64,000 nucleotides of DNA, from the NCBI GenBank assembly GCA_003220315.1, contig QHSA01000134.1:2759-66758 (forward strand). The letters run 5' to 3'. Source of the stretch: Candidatus Rokuibacteriota bacterium (lineage in GTDB: Bacteria; Methylomirabilota; Methylomirabilia; Rokubacteriales; CSP1-6). Below are positions 19,424 through 27,993 of this stretch, in pieces (the first letter of the stretch is position 1; every line of letters begins with the position of its first letter). The notes below the pieces were generated by a model. That model searched no databases. It worked only from the letters and a program-made list of their open reading frames with translations, and was not told where the DNA came from. A program made the translations under genes and the position numbers.

Positions 19424-20637
19424 TAATTCCCGACGCGCATCTTCTTCACCTCGTCATCGGACGGGAGCACGCGATCGCCCGGGATGTACTCGTAGTTGAC
19501 CATGATGCCGACACCGCGCTTGGCGTCGAGCTTGGTGGTGCCGACCCACGCGCCCATCGTCGACTGGCCGTCCGACGCCCGGAAGCTGATCGGCCCGATT
19601 GGCGTCTCGACCTTGAGCCCCCGGAACGCGGCGACGAGCTTGTCGGTGTCGGTCGAGCCCGCCTTCCGGATCGCCTCCGCGATGGAGAGGTACGTGATGT
19701 AGCCGACCAGCGAGCCGAGCACGGGGTTCTTATCCGTGCGCTTCGTGAACTTGGCGACGAACTCCTTGTGCGCGGGGAGCTGGAGGTCGTACCAGGGGTA
19801 ACCCGTCACGAGCATCCCCTCGGGCGCCTCGAGCTTGAGCGGATCGATGTACTCGGGCTCGCCGAGCAGGATGCCCACGACGAACATCTTCTTGAAGAGT
19901 CCGCGCTTGTCCGCCTCGCGGACGAACGCGATCCAGTCGCTCCCGAACAACGAGACGTAGAGCGCGTCGGGGCTCTCTCCGAGGATCGCGGTCACGAACT
20001 GGCTCGGCTCGATCTTGCCGAGCGTCGGCCAGTGCTCGCCGACGGTCTGCGCCTCGGGCCGCAGCTCCTTCAGCCGGTCTCGGAACGTCTCCCAGGCCCG
20101 TTTGCCGTATTCGTAGTTCGGCCCGATCGCCGCCCACTTCGTGTACTTGAGCTTCGCCGCCTTCTCCGCCAGCATGCGCCCCTGCTCGTAGGTGTTGGGA
20201 CGCACCCGGAAGACGTGATCGTGGCCCTTCGCCCACGTGAGCGCCTCGGTGAGCGGCTCCGCCGCGACGAAGAGGACCCGGTTCTGCTTGGCCCAGTCCG
20301 AGACCGCGAGACCGACGTTCGACAGGAACGTCCCCGAGATCAGCGCGACCTTCTCCGACGCCACCAGCTCCTGCGCGTGCTTCTGCGCCTCGGCGGGCTG
20401 GCCCTTGTCGTCGCGGAAGACGACCTCGAGCTTCCGGCCGAGCACGCCGCCCTTCGCGTTGACCTCCTCGACCGCCATCTCGACCGCCTGCCGGTACGGT
20501 CCGGTGAACGGGGCGCCGATGCCGCTGAACGAGTTGATCTCCCCGATCTTGATGGGCGCCTGCGCGGCGACAGGCGCGGCGAGCGCCGTGAGGAGCAGGA
20601 GAGTCCCGAGCGTGGCGGAGACACGGTGTCGTCTCAT
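19423..20637 (-). CDS. branched-chain amino acid ABC transporter substrate-binding protein (LivK/UrtA-like)
   Basis: Signal peptide, IKIG, GGVLGRKLEVVFRDD and TDTDKLVAA. ATG 20637 with GGAGAG upstream. Confidence 0.88.
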   Translation of the reverse strand: MRRHRVSATLGTLLLLTALAAPVAAQAPIKIGEINSFSGIGAPFTGPYRQAVEMAVEEVNAKGGVLGRKLEVVFRDDKGQPAEAQKHAQELVASEKVALISGTFLSNVGLAVSDWAKQNRVLFVAAEPLTEALTWAKGHDHVFRVRPNTYEQGRMLAEKAAKLKYTKWAAIGPNYEYGKRAWETFRDRLKELRPEAQTVGEHWPTLGKIEPSQFVTAILGESPDALYVSLFGSDWIAFVREADKRGLFKKMFVVGILLGEPEYIDPLKLEAPEGMLVTGYPWYDLQLPAHKEFVAKFTKRTDKNPVLGSLVGYITYLSIAEAIRKAGSTDTDKLVAAFRGLKVETPIGPISFRASDGQSTMGAWVGTTKLDAKRGVGIMVNYEYIPGDRVLPSDDEVKKMRVGN

Positions 20638-20730
20638 GGCGAGCCTCTCCATGGTGCGGGTAACTGTCGGACCAAAGCACGGCGAAGTCAAGCGCCGGAC
20701 CGGCAGTGCGAGCCGCCGGCGAGGCGAGTC

Positions 20731-23184
20731 TCAAGGAGCCGCGCCCTCCGCCGTGCCGACCGTTCCGACGACTGCGCCGCGCGCGTCGCGCACGAGCGCC
20801 ACGCAGGTGTCGATCTCGGCCCAGCCGCCCGCCTTCTTCCGGAACGTCGTCCGGTAACCCGGCACGCGCGTCTCGGCGCGGAGCCGGCGCATGAGCGCCC
20901 GCGCCTCGTCCATCCCGCCCTTGTAGAAGTCGCTGACGTGCCGCCCGAGGAGCTCCTTCGCCTCCCAACCGCAGACCTTCTCGGCCAACGCGCTGAAGTA
21001 GGTGATCCGCCCGTGGACGTCTGTCGTCAGCACGGTGTCGGCTCGATTCGCGACGACGGATCTCAGGAAATCGTGCGCATGGCTCGCCTCCTCGTGGAGC
21101 CGGGCGCCGGCCAGCGCCACCGCGGCCTGGTCGGCGAACGCCTCCGCAAGACGGATCTCCCGCGCGTCGAAGACGCGGCCCGCCCGGGCGCCGACGGCCA
21201 GGGCGCCGATGACCGTCCCCCGCGCGATCAGCGGGACCGCGAGCCCGGCGCGCACCGTCCCGAGCTCGATCCGGGCGCGCACCTCGGGCGTGTAGCCGAC
21301 GCGGGGATCGGCGAGAACGTCGGCCGAGAAGACGGCGCGCCGCTCCCGCATGGCGAGCTCGACCAGGCCCGTCCCGGGCGGCAGGTTCCAGTCGAACTCG
21401 TCTTCCTCGTTCGATCGGGCGACCGCGATCATCGCGCCGGAGCCCGGCTCGAGCTGGTAGAGCAGGGCGACGGTTGCGTCGAAGAGCTGTCGCACGCCGT
21501 CGGCGATCCGATGCGCGAGCGCGTCGCGATCGAGCGATCGGGCGAGCAGGCGGCTGACCTCGGCGAGCGTCCGGGTGGCCTCGGCGGCGCGCTTGGACTC
21601 GGTGATCTCCACCATGACGCCGTGCAGCCGGCGGACCACACCGTCATCGTCCGTGACGACGTGGACGAAGTCACTGAACCACACGACGCGGCCGTCGGCC
21701 GCGATCATCCGGTACTCGAGCTCGTGATCCTCGCGCGAGACGGGCTCGAGCCGCATCGTGAGGAAGCGCACGCGATCGTCGGGATGGAGGTGGCTGAGCC
21801 AGAAATCGCCCTCCGTGTACCAGCGCTCCACGGGATAGCCCAGGATCTTCTCGGCCGCGTGGCCCACGTAGATGGTGCGCCACGTCGCCGCGTCGACCTC
21901 CCAGACGATGGCGGTCAGGTCCTGCGCGAGGTTCCGCAAGCGTCGCTCGGAGTGGGCGGCGGCCGCCTGGGCGAGCGCCTTGCCCTGCTCGGTCTCGTGG
22001 AAGCGCCGCGCGTTCTCGAGCGCGAGCGCCGCCGTGGCGCCGAACCCCGTCAGAAGCCCCAGCTCCAGCTCCGAGAACTCCCGCTCCGTGCTCGACGCGA
22101 GCGACAGGGCGCCGAGCACCTCGCCGCGCGAGACGAGGGGCACCGCAACGACCGACTTGTGGCCCTCGACGGCCGCGCGCTCGCGGAGCCACGCCGGCAG
22201 GTCGACTCGCGGGTCGGTCGTGACGTCGCGCGCGGCGACCGGCCGGCACTCTTGGACCGCGAGCGCCGCGACGCTCGCCCCCGCCGGGATCATCCGCCCC
22301 GTCCACTGGGCGTCGCCGTGCTCGCCGGCGGTGGCCACGCAGAGGAGGTTGCCGGAGGTTCGGTCGAGCTCGAAGAAACAGGCGCGGTCGACGCGGAAGT
22401 GGTGCAGCACGGCGGTCACGACGCGCGCGGTCGCCTCCTCCAGGTCGAGGGTGCCGACCAGCTCGTGGCCGACGCGCGCGAGGGCGGTCGTGGCTTCCTC
22501 CGCTTGCTTTCGCTCGGTGATGTCGCGCACGATCATGAGGAGCTGCCGCTGGGCACCGCTCTCCACGGGGAGGGGGAGGAGCCGCGCCTCGTAGCGCTTT
22601 GCGCCCAGCGCAAACTCCGTCGACACGGGAGACGGCGCGTCGAGGAACTGGCGGAGCGCCGCCTCGAGCCTGAGCCCCGACGCCGACGGGAACACGTCCG
22701 CGATCTTCTTGCCCCGAGCCAGCTCGAGCGAGACGTCGAAGCTCCCGCCCGATCCGCCCTCGTAGGCGAGAACCCTTCCCTCGGTGTCGAGCCACACGTA
22801 GAGGTCGGGGAACGCGCGGAAGATGGCCTCGAGCTCGGCCTCGAGCCTCACCAGCTTGCTCGTCACGTCCCGCAGACGCGCGAAGTCGATGATCTGGGCG
22901 CCGCGCCGCGGACCCCGCGTCGCGTCGACGGCGTCGAGGGCGTCGCGACGTGTGGGGGAACCCGTCCCGAACATGACCCATTCGGGGGGAACCTCGAGGT
23001 CGCGTGCGAGCCGGGCGAGGTTGTCGTAGGTCGGGATCCGGTCGCCCAGCCAGGCATAGAGGTACTGGGGCCGGTAGTCTCTCTCGCTGCAGAACCGGCC
23101 CACGTCGGGTCGGCCGTCTTTCCAGTAACCGAGCGCCCTCAGGCGCTGCCTGACCCGCTGGCCGACCCCGGGGAAACGGCTCAT
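20731..23184 (-). CDS. HTH(XRE-like)-PAS-GAF-PAS-GAF-PAS multi-sensor protein with no kinase or cyclase domain
   Basis: N-term YLYAWL...PTYDNLARLARDLEVPPEWVMFG; PAC-like motifs RDITERK and VEITESKR; two GAFs (VVAVPLVSRGEVLGAL, LAVPLIARGTVIGAL); ends just after the last PAS. Confidence 0.75.
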   Translation of the reverse strand: MSRFPGVGQRVRQRLRALGYWKDGRPDVGRFCSERDYRPQYLYAWLGDRIPTYDNLARLARDLEVPPEWVMFGTGSPTRRDALDAVDATRGPRRGAQIIDFARLRDVTSKLVRLEAELEAIFRAFPDLYVWLDTEGRVLAYEGGSGGSFDVSLELARGKKIADVFPSASGLRLEAALRQFLDAPSPVSTEFALGAKRYEARLLPLPVESGAQRQLLMIVRDITERKQAEEATTALARVGHELVGTLDLEEATARVVTAVLHHFRVDRACFFELDRTSGNLLCVATAGEHGDAQWTGRMIPAGASVAALAVQECRPVAARDVTTDPRVDLPAWLRERAAVEGHKSVVAVPLVSRGEVLGALSLASSTEREFSELELGLLTGFGATAALALENARRFHETEQGKALAQAAAAHSERRLRNLAQDLTAIVWEVDAATWRTIYVGHAAEKILGYPVERWYTEGDFWLSHLHPDDRVRFLTMRLEPVSREDHELEYRMIAADGRVVWFSDFVHVVTDDDGVVRRLHGVMVEITESKRAAEATRTLAEVSRLLARSLDRDALAHRIADGVRQLFDATVALLYQLEPGSGAMIAVARSNEEDEFDWNLPPGTGLVELAMRERRAVFSADVLADPRVGYTPEVRARIELGTVRAGLAVPLIARGTVIGALAVGARAGRVFDAREIRLAEAFADQAAVALAGARLHEEASHAHDFLRSVVANRADTVLTTDVHGRITYFSALAEKVCGWEAKELLGRHVSDFYKGGMDEARALMRRLRAETRVPGYRTTFRKKAGGWAEIDTCVALVRDARGAVVGTVGTAEGAAP

Positions 23185-23206
23185 TCCACGCAGGTTCTAC
23201 CACAGA

Positions 23207-23224
23207 ATGTCTCACGTGAGACAT
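23207..23224. promoter_or_regulatory. perfect 18-bp palindrome ATGTCTCACGTGAGACAT, candidate operator
   Basis: Self-reverse-complementary; 22 bp upstream of the HTH-PAS/GAF start in a divergent intergenic region. Confidence 0.65.
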
Positions 23225-23368
23225 GAAAGCACTTTCGCCTGTGGGGGCTGGACTTAGTCGGCTTCCAGCACCTATGGGTCTAGGCGGTCGGGTCGGACGG
23301 CGTCAGTATGCGGCCTCGCGGGAATCGCGACGACGAAGTACACTTGGGCCACTCACGAGGAGGCGCCC

Positions 23369-23752
23369 ATGGAGGACGAGGTCCGAGTCGCCGCCACCAG
23401 GACAGGGGTCGCGCAAGTCTTCGACCTCCATGCGCTCAAGGCCTTCGCCCCGGACACGCGCGTCCGGAAGATGCTCTTCAAGACCGATCAGCTCTGGTCC
23501 GAGATCGCCTGCTACGAGCCGGGACAGTCCACCGTCATGCACACGCACCCCCGGGAGGAAGAGGCGATCTTCGTGCTCGAGGGCACGGCGAACATGAACA
23601 TCGCGGGCGAGGAGATCGTGGTACCCGCCGGGGCCATCGTGAAGTTTCCGAGCAACGTCCCCCACGACGTCCGCAACGTCCAGAACGCGCGCTGCGTGAT
23701 CATGTTCATCAAGGCGAACCCGAAGCTCCTGAGGCGGTCGTCCGATGGGTAA
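23369..23752 (+). CDS. cupin domain protein
   Basis: YEPGQSTVMHTHPREEEAIFVLEG and VPHDVRN; GAGGAGG RBS. Confidence 0.85.
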   Translation: MEDEVRVAATRTGVAQVFDLHALKAFAPDTRVRKMLFKTDQLWSEIACYEPGQSTVMHTHPREEEAIFVLEGTANMNIAGEEIVVPAGAIVKFPSNVPHDVRNVQNARCVIMFIKANPKLLRRSSDG

Positions 23753-24086
23753 CGTCGAGCGCTGCGACACGACGCTGCCGACCAACGAGATGATGTTCTA
23801 CGTCCGGCGCGACCCGGCGCTTCGGGCGCGATGGCTCACCGACCTCCCCGGGATCGCGAAGGAGTTCGGTCTGAGCCGCGCGGAGTACGAGGCGATCCGG
23901 GATCAGGACCCCAAGCGGCTCATGGACCTCGGTGTCCACCAGTATTACGTCCCCCAGATCCTGCGCCTCTTCTTCGGCGCCGCCCAGAACGCGAACGCGA
24001 GCGCCGCGCTCCAGTGCTACCGGCGCGCCTTTCCGGAGGAGACGGCGAAGGCAATGGCGCTGGAGACGCGACGGGAGGGGACCTAG
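23745..24086 (+). CDS. LigA-like small subunit of extradiol ring-cleavage dioxygenase
   Basis: DPALRARW...FGLSRAEYEAIRDQDPKRLMDLGVH pattern; directly upstream of a LigB gene. Confidence 0.7.
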   Translation: MGNVERCDTTLPTNEMMFYVRRDPALRARWLTDLPGIAKEFGLSRAEYEAIRDQDPKRLMDLGVHQYYVPQILRLFFGAAQNANASAALQCYRRAFPEETAKAMALETRREGT

Positions 24087-24089
24087 GCG

Positions 24090-24935
24090 ATGGCGCGGAT
24101 CGTCGCGGCGATGGCGATGACCCATTCTCCCGGACTCACCGGCTGGTTCACGCGCGCGCCCGAGGCGTACCAGCAGCTCGCCCTCGGCGCCACGGCGGAG
24201 ATGCGGCGACGCCTCGAGGCCGCGCGCCCTGACGCCCTGGTGATGTTCACCAACGACCACCTGCTCAACTGGCCGATCAACAACATCCCCGAGTACGCCG
24301 TCGGGATCGGCGAGGAGCATGTCGGCCCGGCCGACTGGTTCGACGAGTGGCTGGGCATGGAGAAGTACCGCGTCCCCGGCCATCCCGCGCTGGCCCGGTG
24401 GATCGTCAACGAGGGGGCGCGTCGGCGCCTCCAGTTCGCCTGGCTGCGCCGGATGCAGTTCGACGACGGGATCTCGGTGCCCACCCACTACCTGAACCCC
24501 GACGCGAGGTTCAGGCTCGTCCCGGTCGGCATGAACTGCACCGTGCCGCCGATCCCGACGCCGGAGCGGGCGTACCACGTCGGGTCCGTGCTCCGCGACG
24601 TGCTGCACGCGTACCCCGGCGACGATCGGATCGCCGTGATCGCGACGGGCGGGCTCTCGCACGAGCCGGGGGGTCCGCGCTACTTCTGGGTGGACGAGGA
24701 GTTCGACCGGTGGTTCCTCGACCTGCTCGCGAAAGGCGACCACGAGACGCTGCTCGCCGAGTGCACCCTCGAGCGCATGGAGGCGGCGGGCTCGGGCGGC
24801 ACCGCGGAGCTCCTCTCCTGGTTCCTCGTTCTCGCGATGACCCGCGGCCCGGCCGACGTGCTCGCCTACATGCCCGCGGTCGCCTGGCGCTCCGGCACGG
24901 GGATGGTCGCGTGGGGCGAGCTCGCCGGGGACTGA
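24090..24935 (+). CDS. LigB-family (class III) extradiol dioxygenase
   Basis: Fe ligands in MTHSPG, NDH and AELLSW; catalytic His in GGLSHE. Confidence 0.85.
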   Translation: MARIVAAMAMTHSPGLTGWFTRAPEAYQQLALGATAEMRRRLEAARPDALVMFTNDHLLNWPINNIPEYAVGIGEEHVGPADWFDEWLGMEKYRVPGHPALARWIVNEGARRRLQFAWLRRMQFDDGISVPTHYLNPDARFRLVPVGMNCTVPPIPTPERAYHVGSVLRDVLHAYPGDDRIAVIATGGLSHEPGGPRYFWVDEEFDRWFLDLLAKGDHETLLAECTLERMEAAGSGGTAELLSWFLVLAMTRGPADVLAYMPAVAWRSGTGMVAWGELAGD

Positions 24936-24961
24936 ACGCGCGCGAGCCCGCCGCCACGCCG

Positions 24962-25912
24962 ATGCCCACCACGCACACGCTGGATTGCGAGACGGTCCAC
25001 TACGAGTGGAATAACGCGCTCGTGCCGAGACTCGAGATCGAGCCGGGTGACACCGTCGTCTTCGACACGCGCGACTCCGCGGACGGCTACTACCGGCCCG
25101 CCTCGTCGCACGCCGATGTCCTCGCGCGGGGTCCGTTCCGCGGCCACCCGCTGACGGGGCCCGTTCGGGTCAACGGCGCGCGGCCCGGCGACGTGCTGGT
25201 GGTCGAGATCGTGGAGGTCCGGCCGCGGGCGTCCTTCGGCTGGACCGCGATCCGACCCGGGCGCGGTCTCCTCCCGGAGGCAGAGTTCGCCAAGCCATTC
25301 CTACAAATCTGGGATCTCGCCGATGGCACCCACGCGCGCATGGGACACGGCATCGCCGTGCCGATCGAGCCGTTCCCCGGCGTGATGGGCACGGCGCTCG
25401 ACGAGCCCGGCCGCCACAGCACCATGCCGCCGAGGAAGAACGGCGGCAACATGGACGTGAAACACCTCGTGGCCGGCACGACCCTCTACCTGCCGGTCTG
25501 GGTGGACGGTGCCCTGTTCAGCGTCGGCGACGCGCACGCGGCGCAGGGTGACGGCGAGGTGTGCGTGACCGCCGTCGAGATGGTGGCGAGGGTCACGCTC
25601 CGGTTCGACCTCCAGCCGAGACGCGCCCTGAAGGAGCCCCAGCTCCGGACGCGCGGGCCCCTCGCCGCCGGCACGAATCACGGACCGTTCTTCGCGACGA
25701 CGGCGCACGGTCCCGATCTCTTCGCCGCCGCGCAGCAGGCCGTCCGCTACATGATCGACCATCTCGTCACGGAGCGCGGGCTCTCGCGCGAGGAGGCGTA
25801 CATCCTCTCGAGCGTCGCCGTCGACCTCAAGATCAGCGAGATCGTGGACACCCCCAACTGGATCGTCTCCGCGTTCCTCCCCGAGTCCGTCTTCACCCAG
25901 CGGGCGCGATGA
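24962..25912 (+). CDS. acetamidase/formamidase family protein
   Basis: HPLTGPVRVNGARPGDVL, PFPGVMG, PPRKNGGNMD and GDAHAAQGDGEVC. Confidence 0.88.
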   Translation: MPTTHTLDCETVHYEWNNALVPRLEIEPGDTVVFDTRDSADGYYRPASSHADVLARGPFRGHPLTGPVRVNGARPGDVLVVEIVEVRPRASFGWTAIRPGRGLLPEAEFAKPFLQIWDLADGTHARMGHGIAVPIEPFPGVMGTALDEPGRHSTMPPRKNGGNMDVKHLVAGTTLYLPVWVDGALFSVGDAHAAQGDGEVCVTAVEMVARVTLRFDLQPRRALKEPQLRTRGPLAAGTNHGPFFATTAHGPDLFAAAQQAVRYMIDHLVTERGLSREEAYILSSVAVDLKISEIVDTPNWIVSAFLPESVFTQRAR

Positions 25913-26700
25913 CGCTCGATCGTCTCGACCACCTAGTGCTCACCGTCCGCGATCTCGACGCCACGTGCGACTTCTACCGCCGGGTCCTCGGCATGGAGCC
26001 GGTGAGGTTCGCGGCGGGCCGGCTCGCGCTGCGATTCGGATCGCAGAAGATCAACCTGCACCCGGCCGGGCCGGAGCTCGGGCTGAAGGCGGCGCGGCCG
26101 ACGCCAGGCTCGGGCGACCTCTGCTTCCTGACGGACGAGCCGCTCGAGGTCTGGGGCCGCCACCTCGAGGAGTGTCGGGTGCCCATCCTCGAGGGGCCGG
26201 TGGAGCGCACGGGCGCCCTCGGCCCGATCGAGTCGATCTACCTGCGCGACCCCGACGGCAACCTGCTCGAGATCGCCCGCCAGCTCGGGATGGCCGAGGA
26301 CGGGTTGGCGGAGCTCCGCGAGTGGCTCAGGCGCTGGCAGGCGTGCGTACGCGCGCGGGACTTCGAGGGCGGCCGGCGCCTGTGCGCACCCGAGCTGATC
26401 GCTTTCGGCACGGTCGCCGACTTCGTCGAGGGCGTGGACCGGGTCATGGAGGCGCAGTGGCGCCGCGTGTGGCCGAGCATTCGCGACTTCACGATTCGTA
26501 TCGATGAGGCACGCGGTGCGGTTCAGGGCGACGAGGCCTGGGTCGCGGCGCCCTGGGACACGCTCGGCGTGCGAGCCGACGGCACGACGTTCCCGCGGCC
26601 CGGGCGGCTCACGATCGCCTTCGCGCGGCGCGCGGGTCGCTGGCTCGCCGTGCACACCCACTTCTCGCTCACACCATCTGACTCTCGCGTGAACCCCTAG
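25909..26700 (+). CDS. VOC/glyoxalase domain fused to NTF2/SnoaL-like domain
   Basis: N-half LDHLVLTVRD...QKINLH...SIYLRDPDGNLLE; C-half ...GRLTIAF.R..GRWLAVHTHFS; no stop between. ATG 25909 overlaps the upstream TGA. Confidence 0.75.
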   Translation: MTLDRLDHLVLTVRDLDATCDFYRRVLGMEPVRFAAGRLALRFGSQKINLHPAGPELGLKAARPTPGSGDLCFLTDEPLEVWGRHLEECRVPILEGPVERTGALGPIESIYLRDPDGNLLEIARQLGMAEDGLAELREWLRRWQACVRARDFEGGRRLCAPELIAFGTVADFVEGVDRVMEAQWRRVWPSIRDFTIRIDEARGAVQGDEAWVAAPWDTLGVRADGTTFPRPGRLTIAFARRAGRWLAVHTHFSLTPSDSRVNP

Positions 26701-26722
26701 CGCACACCCGGAGGAGGGCGCG

Positions 26723-27559
26723 ATGCACATCGGCGTCTGCATGTTCAACACCGACTACGCGATCCGGATCGAGGAGCTGGCCCGCACGGCCGAGGAGCGC
26801 CGCTTCGAGTCCCTCTTCGTCCCCGAGCACACGCACATCCCCGCGAGCCGCCGCACGCCGTTCCCCAGCGGCGGCGAGCTGCCGCGCGAGTACGCTCACA
26901 CGCTCGATCCCTTCGTCGCGCTGGCCCACGCCGCGGCGGTCACGACCCGGATCCGGCTCGGCACGGGGATCTGCCTGATCATCGAGCGGGACACGATCAC
27001 GACCGCCAAGGAGGTGGCGAGCGTGGACTTCGTGTCGAACGGGCGCTTCCTGTTCGGGATCGGCGGGGGCTGGAACGTCGAGGAGATGGAGCACCACGGC
27101 ACCGACCCGAAGACGCGCTTCAAGCGGCTCGGTGAGCAGGTGCTCGCCATGAAGCAGATCTGGACGAAGGAGGCGGCCGAGTTTCACGGGAAGTTCGTGA
27201 GCTTCGACCCGATCTGGATGTGGCCGAAGCCCGTGCAGAAGCCCCACCCGCCGATCCTCCTCGGCGGCGAGAGTGGCCACACGCTGCAGCGGGTCGTGGA
27301 CTTCTGCGACGGCTGGTTCCCCCGCGGGCGCGCGGGCGACGTGATCTTCACGGGGCTCGCGGACCTCAGGGCGCGCGCGGCCCGCGCGGGGCGCGACATG
27401 AAGACGATCTCCGTCTCCGTCTTCGGCGCCAAGCCCGAGGCGGCCGCGCTCGACCGGCTCGAGGCGGCCGGCGTGACGCGCGCAATTCTCAGGTTGCCGT
27501 CGGAGCCGCGCGACCGGGTGCTGCCGCTCCTGGATCAGTACGCCAAGCTCGTCCGGTGA
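26723..27559 (+). CDS. LLM-class F420-dependent oxidoreductase (Rv2161c-like)
   Basis: FESLFVPEHTHIP, LDPFVALA, GIGGGWNVEEM and PKPVQKPHPPILLGG. Confidence 0.85.
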   Translation: MHIGVCMFNTDYAIRIEELARTAEERRFESLFVPEHTHIPASRRTPFPSGGELPREYAHTLDPFVALAHAAAVTTRIRLGTGICLIIERDTITTAKEVASVDFVSNGRFLFGIGGGWNVEEMEHHGTDPKTRFKRLGEQVLAMKQIWTKEAAEFHGKFVSFDPIWMWPKPVQKPHPPILLGGESGHTLQRVVDFCDGWFPRGRAGDVIFTGLADLRARAARAGRDMKTISVSVFGAKPEAAALDRLEAAGVTRAILRLPSEPRDRVLPLLDQYAKLVR

Positions 27560-27993
27560 GCCTGGACCTCCCGGCGTGGGCCGCCGAGCTCTTGCGCGAG
27601 AGCCGCGTCGCGCGGCTCGGCACGGCGGACCGCGCCGGGCGGCCGCTCGTGGTCCCGGTCTGCTACGCCTTCGACGGACGCGCCTGCTTCTCGGCGATCG
27701 ACGCGAAGCCCAAGCGTGTCGCTGGCCGTGACCTCCGACGCGTGCGCAACATCGAGCAGAATCCGCACGTGTCGCTCGTCGTAGACCGCTACGACGAGGA
27801 CTGGTCGCGGCTCGCCTGGGTGATCGTCGAGGGTCGGGCCGCCCTCGTGACCGAGGGGTCCGTGCGCGCGCTGGCCGTGGACCTCTTGCGAGCCAAGTAC
27901 GCGCAGTACCGCACCATGGGGCTCGACCGGGAGGGGGCGACGGTCATTCGAATCGCGCCCGAACGGGCGCTGGCCTGGAGGTACGCCAGCTAG
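27556..27993 (+). CDS. PPOX-class (pyridoxamine 5'-phosphate oxidase-like) F420-dependent protein
   Basis: VARLGTAD...PLVVPVCYA, IDAKPK, RVRNIEQNPHVSLVVDRYDEDWSRL and KYAQY. GTG 27556. Confidence 0.82.
   Translation: MSLDLPAWAAELLRESRVARLGTADRAGRPLVVPVCYAFDGRACFSAIDAKPKRVAGRDLRRVRNIEQNPHVSLVVDRYDEDWSRLAWVIVEGRAALVTEGSVRALAVDLLRAKYAQYRTMGLDREGATVIRIAPERALAWRYAS

Noticed and set aside
19417-23226. 1269-aa plus-strand ORF
   Set aside because: Antisense shadow of livK and the PAS/GAF gene.
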